A stretch of DNA of 64,000 bases from Chrysomallon squamiferum (Eukaryota > Animalia > Mollusca). A model generated the notes under the pieces. The model saw nothing but the letters and a program-made list of their open reading frames with translations. It searched no databases and was not told the DNA's origin. The stretch covers positions 49,042,001-49,106,000 of the forward strand of contig CM022665.1 of assembly GCA_012295275.1 (NCBI GenBank). The letters run 5' to 3'. This document shows, piece after piece, positions 1-11,448 of the stretch. How positions within the stretch are numbered: the first letter of the stretch is position 1; each line of letters begins with the position of its first letter. The position numbers were made by a program, and so were the translations under genes.

Positions 1-67
1 GGTGGTGTAACGGTTAGCATGGTTGCCTTCCAAGCAGTCGATCCGGGTTCGACTCCCGGCCGACGCA
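1..67 (+). tRNA. tRNA-Gly(TCC), 5' end cut by window edge
   Basis: Anticodon arm GTTGC-CTTCCAA-GCAGT, T arm CCGGG-TTCGACT-CCCGG, ends CCGACGCA; TTTT follows. Confidence 0.93.
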
Positions 68-638
68 TCCGTAATAATTTTGCTTCTTGAATGCATTCAT
101 TTTACCACAGCAAGTCCGACTGTAGTCCACTACTGATTAATATTCTCTTGCTGTTACCTTCCCGACTCACATAAATCATAACAAAGTGTTCGAAACATTC
201 AGCCTCGAAACGAAGGTATGAGGGAACATGTACTCGAAGGCTTCAAAACCTTTTCAGTTGTCTTAAGACAAATCACAATATTATTTATTGTCACAGAAAA
301 TACGTCAACTGAAAACTCACCCGGTCAGTGTTGTGATAACAATCGAAAGATGAGGAAAAAGGGCGTCTTCATGTAGCAACAGCTTGGTGTTGCCAAGAGC
401 TTTGGGCTAAAGTGGACTTCCTCCTTCAAGACGACGGATATTACGTTTAAGCAACACGATTTCAACAGATTTTTTTTCGTTACCTGTTATGTTATTCCGC
501 GTTTAGATAGCTTTGAAGGAGTGTGGCATCAAAGACGGGGACGATTTACACATTGTAGTAACAGTGTTTTTTCCTTTCCAACGCCTGCGATGAAGAAAAC
601 ACCGTGTCAGGACACATTTCTAAAATGCACATAATATG

Positions 639-710
639 GCGTCGGTGGTGTAACGGTTAGCATGGTTGCCTTCCAAGCAGTCGATCCGGGTTCGACTCCC
701 GGCCGACGCA
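639..710 (+). tRNA. tRNA-Gly(TCC)
   Basis: 72-nt cloverleaf: acceptor GCGTCGG/CCGACGC, anticodon TCC, A and B boxes, downstream TTTT terminator. Confidence 0.97.
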
Positions 711-1293
711 TCCGTACCTTTTGTTCGTTCATCCATTCATTCAATCATTCATATTTTTTTAGAAGTTATAAAATTTCATCACCACCCATTCACGCGAAAC
801 TTCCGATCTATTCCTAGTGAAGTACACAGTTTCTAAACACGTGTCTGACCCAATTAAATATTTGAAAATCTAATTATGAAAGCATAATGAAAATTCTATC
901 GATGCAATGCAAAGTTTCAAGACCTTTACAGAACATTTTAAAGGGAAACGTCACAAGTACGCACGTTATTTTCTTCGGGGTAATAACGTTTTTATATCGA
1001 GAAGGTTAATTTTGAAGGTTTGGCCACAAGCGCTAGCAACAGCTTGGTATTTACTACCTGTCGCTAAGCGCAGACTGACATGCGCATCGAAAGCTAATGT
1101 GCTACGCTTTATAATGAATTATTTTACTGCTCTAATAACTGAAAACGATGTTAAGAAATCGTTTGGAAATAATTATAATGTTTACACGAACAACAAACAC
1201 GAAAACAAAATTCAATTTACTTTCACCATATGGTGAAAGAGTACATCCCTGTGAAGAACTTGAAATAAACGTGATATGAATGTACATCGTGTG

Positions 1294-1365
1294 GCGTCGG
1301 TGGTGTAACGGTTAGCATGGTTGCCTTCCAAGCAGTCGATCCGGGTTCGACTCCCGGCCGACGCA
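1294..1365 (+). tRNA. tRNA-Gly(TCC)
   Basis: Identical 72-nt gene. Confidence 0.97.
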
Positions 1366-1942
1366 TCCGTAATAATTTTGCTTCTTGAATGCATTCATTT
1401 TACCACAGCAAGTCCGACTGTAGTCCACTACTGATTAATATTCTCTTGCTGTTACCTTCCCGACTCACATAAATCATAACAAAGTGTTCGAAACATTCAG
1501 CCTCGAAACGAAGGTATGAGGGAACATGTACTCGAAGGCTTCAAAACCTTTTCAGTTGTCTTAAGACAAAATCACAATATTATTTATTGTCACAGAAAAT
1601 ACGTCAACTGAAAACTCACCCGGTCAGTGTTGTGATAACAATCGAAAGATGAGGAAAAAGGGCGTCTTCATGTAGCAACAGCTTGGTGTTGCCAAGAGCT
1701 TTGGGCTAAAGTGGACTTCCTCCTTCAAGACGACGGATATTACGTTTAAGCAACACGATTTCAACAGATTTTTTTTTCGTTACCTGTTATGTTATTCCGC
1801 GTTTAGATAGCTTTTGAAGGAGTGTGGCATCAAAGACGGGGACGATTTACACATTGTAGTAACAGTGTGTTTTTTTCCTTTCCAACGCCTGCGATGAAGA
1901 AAACACCGTGTCAGGACACATTTCTAAAATGCACATAATATG

Positions 1943-2013
1943 GCGTCGGTGGTGTAACGGTTAGCATGGTTGCCTTCAAGCAGTCGATCCGGGTTCGACT
2001 CCCGGCCGACGCA
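1943..2013 (+). tRNA. tRNA-Gly(TCC) with 1-nt deletion in the anticodon loop (CTTCAA); sequencing error or defective copy
   Basis: Reads TGCCTTCAAGCA instead of TGCCTTCCAAGCA; otherwise identical. Confidence 0.8.
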
Positions 2014-2601
2014 TCCATCCGTACCTTTGTTCGTTCATCCATTCATTCAATCATTCATATTTTTTTTAGAAGTTATAAAATTTCATCACCACCCATTCAC
2101 GCGAAACTTCCGATCTATTCCTAGTGAAGTACACAGTTTCTAAACACGTGTCTGACCCAATTAAATATTTGAAAATCTAATTATGAAAGCATAATGAAAA
2201 TTCTATCGATGCAATGCAAAGTTTCAAGACCTTTACAGAACATTTTAAAGGGAAACGTCACAAGTACGCACGTTGTTTTCTTCGGGGTAATAACGTTTTT
2301 ATATCGAGAAGGTTAATGTTGAAGGTTTGGCCACAAGCGCTAGCAACAGCTTGGTATTTACTACCTGTCGCTAAGCGCAGACTGACATGCGCATCGAAAG
2401 CTAATGTGCTACGCTTTATAATGAATTATTTTACTGCTCCTAATAACTGAAAACGATGTTAAGAAATCGTTTGGAAATAATTATAATGTTTACACGAACA
2501 ACAAACACGAAAACAAAATTCAATTTACTTTCACCATATGGTGAAAGAGTACATCCCTGTGAAGAACTTGAAATAAACGTGATATGAATGTACATCGTGT
2601 G

Positions 2602-2673
2602 GCGTCGGTGGTGTAACGGTTAGCATGGTTGCCTTCCAAGCAGTCGATCCGGGTTCGACTCCCGGCCGACGCA
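2602..2673 (+). tRNA. tRNA-Gly(TCC)
   Basis: Identical 72-nt gene. Confidence 0.97.
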
Positions 2674-3249
2674 TCCGTAATAATTTTGCTTCTTGAATGC
2701 ATTCATTTTACCACAGCAAGTCCGACTGTAGTCCACTACTGATTAATATTCTCTTGCTGTTACCTTCCCGACTCACATAAATCATAACAAAGTGTTCGAA
2801 ACATTCAGCCTCGAAACGAAGGTATGAGGGAACATGTACTCGAAGGCTTCAAAACCTTTTCAGTTGTCTTAAGACAAATCACAATATTATTTATTGTCAC
2901 AGAAAATACGTCAACTGAAAACTCACCCGGTCAGTGTTGTGATAACAATCGAAAGATGAGGAAAAAGGGCGTCTTCATGTAGCAACAGCTTGGTGTTGCC
3001 AAGAGCTTTGGGCTAAAGTGGACTTCCTCCTTCAAGACGACGGATATTACGTTTAAGCAACACGATTTCAACAGATTTTTTTTTCGTTACCTGTTATGTT
3101 ATTCCGCGTTTAGATAGCTTTTGAAGGAGTGTGGCATCAAAGACGGGGACGATTTACACATTGTAGTAACAGTGTGTTTTTTGCCTTTCCAACGCCTGCG
3201 ATGAAGAAAACACCGTGTCAGGACACATTTCTAAAATGCACATAATATG

Positions 3250-3321
3250 GCGTCGGTGGTGTAACGGTTAGCATGGTTGCCTTCCAAGCAGTCGATCCGG
3301 GTTCGACTCCCGGCCGACGCA
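3250..3321 (+). tRNA. tRNA-Gly(TCC)
   Basis: Identical 72-nt gene. Confidence 0.97.
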
Positions 3322-3906
3322 TCCGTACCTTTTGTTCGTTCATCCATTCATTCAATCATTCATATTTTTTTTAGAAGTTATAAAATTTCATCACCACCCA
3401 TTCACGCGAAACTTCCGATCTATTCCTAGTGAAGTACACAGTTTCTAAACACGTGTCTGACCCAATTAAATATTTGAAAATCTAATTATGAAAGCATAAT
3501 GAAAATTCTATCGATGCAATGCAAAGTTTCAAGACCTTTACAGAACATTTTAAAGGGAAACGTCACAAGTACGCACGTTATTTTCTTCAGGGTAATAACG
3601 TTTTTATATCGAGAAGGTTAATGTTGAAGGTTTGGCCACAAGCGCTAGCAACAGCTTGGTATTTACTACCTGTCGCTAAGCGCAGACTGACATGCGCATC
3701 GAAAGCTAATGTGCTACGCTTTATAATGAATTATTTTACTGCTCCTAATAACTGAAAACGATGTTAAGAAATCGTTTGGAAATAATTATAATGTTTACAC
3801 GAACAACAAACACGAAAACAAAATTCAATTTACTTTCACCATATGGTGAAAGAGTACATCCCTGTAAAGAACTTGAAATAAACGTGATATGAATGTACAT
3901 CGTGTG

Positions 3907-3974
3907 GCGTCGGTGGTGTAACGGTTAGCATGGTTGCCTTCCAAGCAGTCGATCCGGGTTCGACTCCCGGCCGA
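3907..3974 (+). pseudogene. tRNA-Gly(TCC) truncated at nt 68 by the retrotransposon 5' end
   Basis: Matches the gene through ...CCCGGCCGA, then TG and the element start ACTTCCGG replace CGCA. Confidence 0.92.
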
Positions 3975-4059
3975 TGACTTCCGGTTATGGTGGCGTCGAG
4001 TGTGGACGCGTTTCACATCGGCTCTCGCTTCGGAAAGGTTTTGTTGTAAACTAAGTGTT

Positions 4060-5220
4060 ATGTCTTGGGCGGAAGAATCTGAAAATTACGAAGAAAAGAT
4101 CAAAGATATGAATTTAAAAAAAGAAGGAATGAGAAAAAATGTTTTTAAAAAAGAATGCACTGTGATTGTAAATGTAGAAGATAACAAGAAAATTTCAGCA
4201 GGCGACATGATAGATTTTGTAAGTGGCCAGGTGGGTGATGTGATAAAAGCGTGCGTACCGAAAGAATCCGACTCTTATGAAATAACACTAGAAGATATTA
4301 TACAAGCGAGAATGATTACGGAAATTGATGAAACAGAATTGAAAGGTCTAAAAATAAAGGCGAGAATTTTGAAATCTGAAACTGTAGTAGTTTCCTTTTT
4401 GCACTTGCCTGCCTACATTGAAGATGAAGAAATTGAAGAAAAATTGAAACAAATGGAAATAGAAATTTTATCACCAATTTATAGAAGGCTATACAAAGGG
4501 ACAAAAATTGCAGATGGAACAAGATATGTGAGAGTGAAATTTCCACCCGGAATAAAAAGTTTACCATACTCAATGAAATTTAAGACTTATGAAGGAATAA
4601 AATATTTTCGTGTTTTACATGACAATCAAATAAAAGTCTGTTACAACTGTATGGCGGATAATCATTTGTTGAAAGACTGTCCAAATATAAGGTGTCATAA
4701 CTGTAAACAAAAAGGACATTTTGCTAGAAACTGCCCGAACATATTTCTGTGTGAAAAGTGTGGAAACAAAGAGGATGAATGTGAGTGTTGGTCAGAGTAT
4801 GACAGCGATGAACAAAAAAACAGCGACAGTGACAGTGATGGTATGGAATATAATGTAAAATCAAAGGAGAAAAAAGAAATTGAAGCAGAAAGTATCCAGA
4901 GGATAAATACAACAGAAATGGAAATCAACAAGGAACAACAAAAATCAGAAAATGGAGAAAACCAAGAAAATCCCCTGATAAAAAACACCAAAGTGAAAAT
5001 TACTAACAAGGAAGCTGGAACCATCGAAGCAGAAAATAGTAAGCAGAGTAAAACAAAGCGTCGAACGAGATTGATCAAGCGTCCATCAGAAGAAAAACTG
5101 TGGAGCTTGGTAGAAAATAGAAAACAAAAAAAGAGACAAGCAGCACACATGAAAAGTGTGAGAGAAAGTGTTGCCAGGGTAATGAATGAGTATGGGGGGG
5201 AGGATATAGACAAGATATAG
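4060..5220 (+). CDS. Tx1 ORF1 nucleic-acid-binding protein (386 aa, CCHC zinc knuckles)
   Basis: ATG MSWAEESE at 4060; CYNCMADNHLLKDC and CHNCKQKGHFARNC knuckles; LPAYIED...DGTRYVRV core typical of Tx1/ZCCHC3-like ORF1. Confidence 0.92.
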   Translation: MSWAEESENYEEKIKDMNLKKEGMRKNVFKKECTVIVNVEDNKKISAGDMIDFVSGQVGDVIKACVPKESDSYEITLEDIIQARMITEIDETELKGLKIKARILKSETVVVSFLHLPAYIEDEEIEEKLKQMEIEILSPIYRRLYKGTKIADGTRYVRVKFPPGIKSLPYSMKFKTYEGIKYFRVLHDNQIKVCYNCMADNHLLKDCPNIRCHNCKQKGHFARNCPNIFLCEKCGNKEDECECWSEYDSDEQKNSDSDSDGMEYNVKSKEKKEIEAESIQRINTTEMEINKEQQKSENGENQENPLIKNTKVKITNKEAGTIEAENSKQSKTKRRTRLIKRPSEEKLWSLVENRKQKKRQAAHMKSVRESVARVMNEYGGEDIDKI

Positions 5221-5232
5221 AATATTTTAAAA

Positions 5233-8200
5233 ATGGGTAATAGTTCACTAATTTTTCTACTTCTAACTATGATCTTGTCTATAAATGTAAACGGACTGAG
5301 AGATATTGAGAAATTAAATTCAGTTTTTGCAACATTTAAAAGTAAACATGCAAATATTATTTTTCTACAGGAAACATTTTGGGATAATGACTTCATTGAG
5401 AGATATAAACATTTATGGAAGGAAATATATTTTATAATAATTGTCCAAATAAAAAAGAAGGGGTGTAGCAATACTGGTATCAAAAGAATGTCCTTATAAG
5501 TTTACATTTAATAGTTGCGACACTGAAGGCAGGATTTTAAAAATTAATACGAAAATAGATGAAGAAGAATACAGTTTTATAAATGTATATGCACCAAATA
5601 ATATTGAAGAAAGAATTTTATTTTTTAAAGGATTATGTAAATTTGTGGATTTAAAAAATACAATAATGGCAGGAGATTTTAATGACATTTTAGATCCTAA
5701 TTTAGATTTGGGCATTAATAATAAAACTTTCAATATAAAAAGTAGTAATGAATTACAGTCAGTTATTTTTAATTATAATTTAGTTGATATTTGGCGACAC
5801 AGAAATCCAGATAAAAGGCAATTTACTAGATCTCAAATAGTTGAAAAAACTATAAAACAGTCAAGAATTGATTTATTCTTAATTTCTAGAAATTTATTGC
5901 AGTTTATAAGTAATGTATACATATCCTATACCTCGGTTAGTGATCACAATTTTTTATCACTTAAAATAGATTTTTCTCATGTAGAGAGAGGTCAAGGTAT
6001 TTGGATCTTTAATAATGAATTGTTGAAAGATGAAAGTTTTTGTAAAGCTATTATTGAAGTTATTAATAATGCTTCTGAGTGTCCTTTGTTACAGACTGAA
6101 CCTAGTGTTTGGTGGGACAACTTAAAATATTAAAATGAAAACATGTGCAAGAAATTTTGCAATAAAAAAAGAGAAAATCAGATAACAAAAAAATATTATA
6201 ATATACAAAATGCTTTGAAAAGAGAATATGCTAAACTAGCTGTAAATAATCATCATGATTTGAGTAACATACAAATTTTAGAAGAAAAATTAAAATTAAT
6301 TGAGAGATCTAAATGTAATGGTGCTATTTTGAGATCTAAAGCTCATTGGAATCTAGATATGGATAGAAATACCACATTTTTTCTCAGTTTAGAAAAATCA
6401 AAACAAGAATCAAATTCTATTAAAGAGCTAAAAACAGTAAATGGATTAACAAGAAAAACAGAAGATATATTACAATATGCTTATGACTTTTATTCAAAAT
6501 TATTTACGCAAGAAAATGTAGATATTATTAAACAGGAAGAAATAATAAATTTAATATCAAATAAACTAAAAGAATCTGAAAGTGAAAACTGTGAGAAAGA
6601 CATTACAATTGAAGAATTAACTGAAGCTTTAAAAGAAATGAATAGAAATAAATCACCTGGTTTGGATGGTCTAACAGTAGAATTTTATGTTAAATTCTGG
6701 GAAAATTTTAAAAATTTCTTTCATATCAGAAATAAGAAATGTTGTCACGCAGTATGAAAAAAGGAGTAATTAGTTTATTTTACAAGAAAAAAGGAGATAA
6801 AGCAGACCTAAAAAATTTCAGACCTATCAGCCTTTTAAATGTAGATTATAAAATTATTGCTAAAGTTCTTGCAAATCGTCTTAAACAAGTAATGTCAACT
6901 ATTATTTCATCAGAACAAAGCTGTTGTGTAAAAGGAAGAGATATTGTTGACAATATTATGTCAGTAAGAGATATTATAGATATTGTCGAGTTAAATAATA
7001 CAGAAGGGTATATAGTTAAAATAGATCAAGAGAAAGCATTTGATAGAGTATCACATAGTTTTATTTTAAAAGTTTTGAAAAAATTCAATTTTGGTGATAA
7101 TTTTATAAAGTGGATTAAAATACTATATAATAATATAAAAAGTTGTGTAAAAATTAATGGACATTTAACACCTTTTTTCAATATTACAAGAGGGGTTAGA
7201 CAAGGATGTCCAATATCAATGATGCTTTATGCTATTGTAGCTGAACCCTTAAATAATTTAATTAAAAAAAGACATAGCATGAATGGAATTAGGATAACAA
7301 ATGAACTTAATTCTTTATTATTTCAGCATGCAGATGATACTACAGTAACTGTCTGTGATGCTCAGTCAGTAGAAAATGTTTTTAATACAATAAATATGTA
7401 TTGTAGTGCTACAGGGGCAAAAGTCAATGTAGATAAGTCAGAAGTACTTTATCTTGGTAAAACCATGATTGAAAACTTATCTTTTAACATTCCAATATCA
7501 ATAAATAAAAACTATGTTAAAATTCTAGGTATATATTTAGGACCAAATAAACTATTATGTGAAACTTTGAACTGGAAAAATAAATTAGCTAAAATGTCTA
7601 ATCTAATTAACTTATGGAGTCAAAGGAAACTTACTTTGCACGGAAAAGCTGAAGTATGGAATACTTTATTAACATCTAGACTGTGGTATATCATTAGCAC
7701 AATAAATGTACCAAATTGGGTAGAAAATGAAATTTATAAATTATTTTGTAAATTTTTGTGGGAAGGGAAAACATCTTTAATAAAATATTCAACAATAATT
7801 GGAAATAAAATGTCGGGTGGACTAAATATTCAAGATATTTCATTAAAGAAAATGGCTTTTCGAATAAAAATGTTAAAGAAATATTTTGATAATAATTTTA
7901 AAAATGTGTGGAAATATACAATGTCAATATTTCTTGAAAAATATATGAATATGAATCTAAATTATGACATTTTTAAAATAGTATACAGTAAAGAAGCTTT
8001 AAAAGTTATTAATCCTTTTTATGCTGAAATGTTATCAGCTTGGGACTATGTTAATAATGGAGAACGTAATTTCCCACTTGATACAGATGAAATATTGTCT
8101 CAGCCACTTTTTCAAAATCCATTCATTAAATATAAAAACAAATTATTATTATTTAGTTCTTTTATAAAAAGTGGAATAGTCAAAGTGGCTGATATTGCTT

Positions 8201-9101
8201 ATGAAGTAATACCAGGTTTTCTTCCTTTTACAGCTATTGTAGAAATTATTCATGAAAAATCTCCAGAATTATCCAAAAACCAAATTTATATAGCTTACAA
8301 TGTTATTAAGAAATCACTTCCAGATGAATGGAAAAGTTCTATTAACAGAAATGCTAAAAAATTAACTTCTAATAAAGATTTGTTTTTGTTTCAGAATAAT
8401 GAAATGATAAATGTCAATAAATTTACAGCTAAAATAATTTATTCTATTTTAATTTTAAAAACTTTAAAGCACCAACTTGTGAAGAAAAATGGAATGAGCT
8501 TGGTTTTAATATATTCTGGAGACCAGTTTGGAAATGGATACACTATAGTGATAAATTTACTGAATTTATAGACTTAGATTTTAGAATAGTTCATCATATA
8601 ATATATACATATAACAAATTATATAAATATGGCAAAATCTCATCTAGTGTATGTCCAGTGTGTTTGAAGGATGATGAAGATTTGTGCCATTTATTTTTGT
8701 ATTGTGAAGAATTGAAGGAATTAATATCAATCTTTCATGAAATATGTATTTATATATTTAAGAAAACAGGGTTTTCTCTAGAACAATTAAAAAGATTATT
8801 AATATTTGGATGTTATCTCAAAATTGAAAATAGTACAATAGAATTTATTAATATTATTCTTTCAATTTATAGAATAACAGTGTTCAAAAGGCGTGTAATA
8901 GCTCAAATGAAAGGAACAAATATCAATATAATACATTTTTTTAGAAATTATATGTATCAGTGCTTTAAAATCATTCTAAATCAATATCGTATTCAAAACA
9001 AACTTTCAATTTTTATTAACAAATATGTTAAGAACAATATTTTCCTAGAACTAAAAGATGACATACTTATTTTCAAATATCCTTTGGAAAGCTACAAATA
9101 A
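5233..9101 (+). CDS. Tx1 ORF2 APE endonuclease / reverse transcriptase, interrupted by several indels
   Basis: APE motifs INVNGL, LQET, GDFN, SRID, SDH; RT motifs KSPGLDG, RPISLLN, DQEKAFD, GVRQGCP, QHADD; C-terminal CxxC-x8-H-x4-C. Breaks near 5420, 6130, 6725 (~15-bp deletion vs copy 2) and 8460. Confidence 0.9.
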
Positions 9102-9343
9102 TCAATATAGATAAATCATGGAAATGGATAAAAGAATTAATACTATAAAATACTGTAAATATATATGAATATTCCAAATAAATAAGTATGCATGCATGTG
9201 AGTGTGAATGAGTGTGACTGAGTGTGACTGAGTGTGTGAGAGGAAATAGTTTTTTGTTATTGTTATTTACAGTTGTAATGTTATTTTAATTGTGTACAAC
9301 TGGTGATTATACTAATAAAGAAAAAAAAAAAAAAAAAAAAAAA

Positions 9344-9445
9344 TGGAACGATACAGAGAAGATCCGGGTTCGATGTTTGGGTAAAAATGTTTTGAATGCA
9401 AGGATTTGACACGCAAATTTCTTTGAAGTCCGTTCCATATTTTTT
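9344..9445 (+). pseudogene. 3' part of a U6 snRNA gene after copy 1 poly(A); corrupted or blended
   Basis: TGGAACGATACAGAGAAGAT...GCAAGGAT..GACACGCAAATT..GAAG..CGTTCCATATTTTTT, with tRNA-Gly-like CCGGGTTCGA intruding. Confidence 0.8.
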
Positions 9446-10143
9446 GAATTGTTTTTCGATGAGGACATTTTATGAAACATAAAATATTGTTACATTACCT
9501 TTTGTTGGATTTTATAAATAAAAATAAAGAATAAAAAATGCATCTGATTTCTAATCAAGAAAATTGCGTAACGCGTCGAAATATTATTTTTCATATAGCC
9601 TATTTTTTAACGGTTATATTAATTTTAAATAAATTTTATTACATATTTTTTTTTTTTTTTTTTTTTTTTTTAATACGATTATTATTTTTTTTAAAAAACA
9701 TAGTTTTTATTTAATTTAATTAATTTAATAATTTTATTTTTTGTTCCGCATTTTGTAACTTGATAACCCAAAAACTTTTTTTTTTATGAGGTCTTTCCCA
9801 TCATGTCTTCATAGATAAGGCGTTTCATTCGTGACCCGTGGTCAAGGAAAACACGATATGTTCAAAAGACAACATGTGATGTTAGTAACACTAAACAGCT
9901 ATGAAATGAAAATTTTCTCCATATCGAATTACCTTGTATGAATGTTGTCGAGGAATGCTAATACTATTGACATTCCGTAAACAAATTAATAAAGATAAAA
10001 AAAAAAAAAAAAGTGAAATTTATAACACGACATTTGCTTCTAATTATGCAAGTTTCGAAACCCTTTGAGCGTAACTGGAAAAAAAACTCGATTTTGCATT
10101 ATGTTTTAAAAAAAAAGAGTGAGCACATAAAGTTGTGAAAAAT

Positions 10144-10189
10144 TGTTCACGTAATATATTTAATTTACATATACTGAAAAATGGAACGA
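10144..10189 (+). pseudogene. 5' part of a U6 snRNA gene interrupted by copy 2
   Basis: TGTTCACG...TACATATACTGAAAAATGGAACGA matches U6 nt ~5-38, preceded by a noisy version of the U6 upstream spacer. Confidence 0.8.
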
Positions 10190-10272
10190 ACTTCCGGTTA
10201 TGGTGGCGTCGAGTGTGGACGCGTTTCACATCGGCTCTCGCTTCGGAAAGGTTTGGTTGTAAACTAAGTATT

Positions 10273-11436
10273 ATGTCTTGGGCGGAAGAATCAGAAAATT
10301 ACGAAGAAAAGATGAAAGATATGAATTTAAAAAAAGAAGGAATGAGAAAAAAATGTTTTTAAAAAAAGAATGCACTGTGATTGTAAATGTAGAAGATAAC
10401 AAGAAAATTTCAGCAGGCGACATGATAGATTTTGTAAGTGGCCAGGTGGGTGATGTGATAAAAGCGTGCGTACCGAAAGAATCCGACTCTTATGAAATAA
10501 CACTAGAAGATATTATACAAGCGAGAATGATTACGGAAATTGATGAAACAGAATTGAAAGGTCTAAAAAATAAAGGCGAGAATTTTGAAATCTGAAACTG
10601 TAGTAGTTTCCTTTTGCACTTGCCTGCCTACATTGAAGATGAAGAAATTGAAGAAAAATTGAAACAAATGGAAATAGAAATTTTATCACCAATTTATAGA
10701 AGGCTATACAAAGGGACAAAAATTGCAGATGGAACAAGATACGTGAGAGTGAAATTTCCACCCGGAATAAAAAGTTTACCATACTCAATGAAATTTAGGA
10801 CTTATGAAGGAATAAAATATTTTCGTGTTTTACATGACAATCAAATAAAAGTATGTTACAACTGCATGGCGGATAATCATTTGTTGAAAGACTGTCCAAA
10901 TATAAGGTGTCATAACTGTAAAAAAAAAAGGACATTTTGCTAGAAACTGCCCGAACATATTTCTGTGTGAAAAGTGTGGAAACAAAGAGGATGAATGTGA
11001 GTGTTGGTCAGAGTATGACAGCGATGAACAAAAAAACAGCGACAGTGACAGTGATGGTATGGAATATAATGTAAAATCAAAAGGAGAAAAAGAAATTGAA
11101 GCAGAAAGTATCCAGAGGATAAATACAACAGAAATGGAAATCAACAAGGAACAACAAAAATCAGAAAATGGAGAAAAACCAAGAAAATCCCTGATAAAAC
11201 ACCAAAGTGAAAATTACTAACAAAGGAAGCTGGAACCATCGAAGCAGAAAATAGTAAGCAGAGTAAAACAAAGCGTCGAACGAGATTGATCAAGCGTCCA
11301 TCAGAAGAAAAACTGTGGAGCTTGGTAGAAAATAGAAAACAAAAAAAGAGACAAGCAGCACACATGAAAAGTGTGAGAGAAAGTGTTGCCAGGGTAATGA
11401 ATGAGTATGGGGGGGGAGGATATAGACAAGATATAG
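10273..11436 (+). CDS. Tx1 ORF1, copy 2 (homopolymer frameshifts)
   Basis: Colinear with 4060-5220; frame breaks fall in A/T/G runs. Confidence 0.85.
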
Positions 11437-11448
11437 AATATTTTAAAA

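Larger units (their letters stand above)
1..3974 (+). repeat. Tandem tRNA-Gly(TCC) gene array, ~1.3-kb unit with two genes and two different spacers
   Basis: Sequence recurs with a period of ~1298-1308 bp (equivalent genes start at about -4, 1294, 2602, 3907 and at 639, 1943, 3250). Units differ mainly in homopolymer length. Confidence 0.97.
3977..9343 (+). mobile_element. Full-length Tx1-clade (L1 group) non-LTR retrotransposon, copy 1
   Basis: 5' end ACTTCCGGTTATGG shared with copy 2; CCHC ORF1; ORF2 with APE, RT and C-terminal zinc finger; AATAAA (9314) then poly(A). 5' junction in tRNA-Gly, 3' junction in U6 sequence. Confidence 0.95.

Noticed and set aside
1943-2013. Possible recoded or suppressor tRNA (TTC/TCA anticodon)
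   Set aside because: A 6-nt loop from one missing C, in an assembly full of homopolymer indels.
907-3755. Repeated short ORFs (MQSFKTF..., MHSRSK...) in the tRNA-Gly array
   Set aside because: Chance ORFs in spacers or antisense to tRNA; lengths vary between units and there is no recognisable domain.
1-3974. CRISPR-like repeat-spacer pattern
   Set aside because: The repeats are tRNA genes, spacers are ~570-590 bp and themselves repeated, and the context is eukaryotic with no cas genes.
3934-4059. Apparent tRNA-encoded N-terminal extension of ORF1
   Set aside because: Starts at a TTG inside the tRNA and is absent in copy 2; the shared ATG is at 4060.
9988-10012. AATAAAGAT-poly(A) as a third, extremely truncated insertion
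   Set aside because: Lies in the blended low-quality segment with no clear TSD; more likely a consensus artefact.
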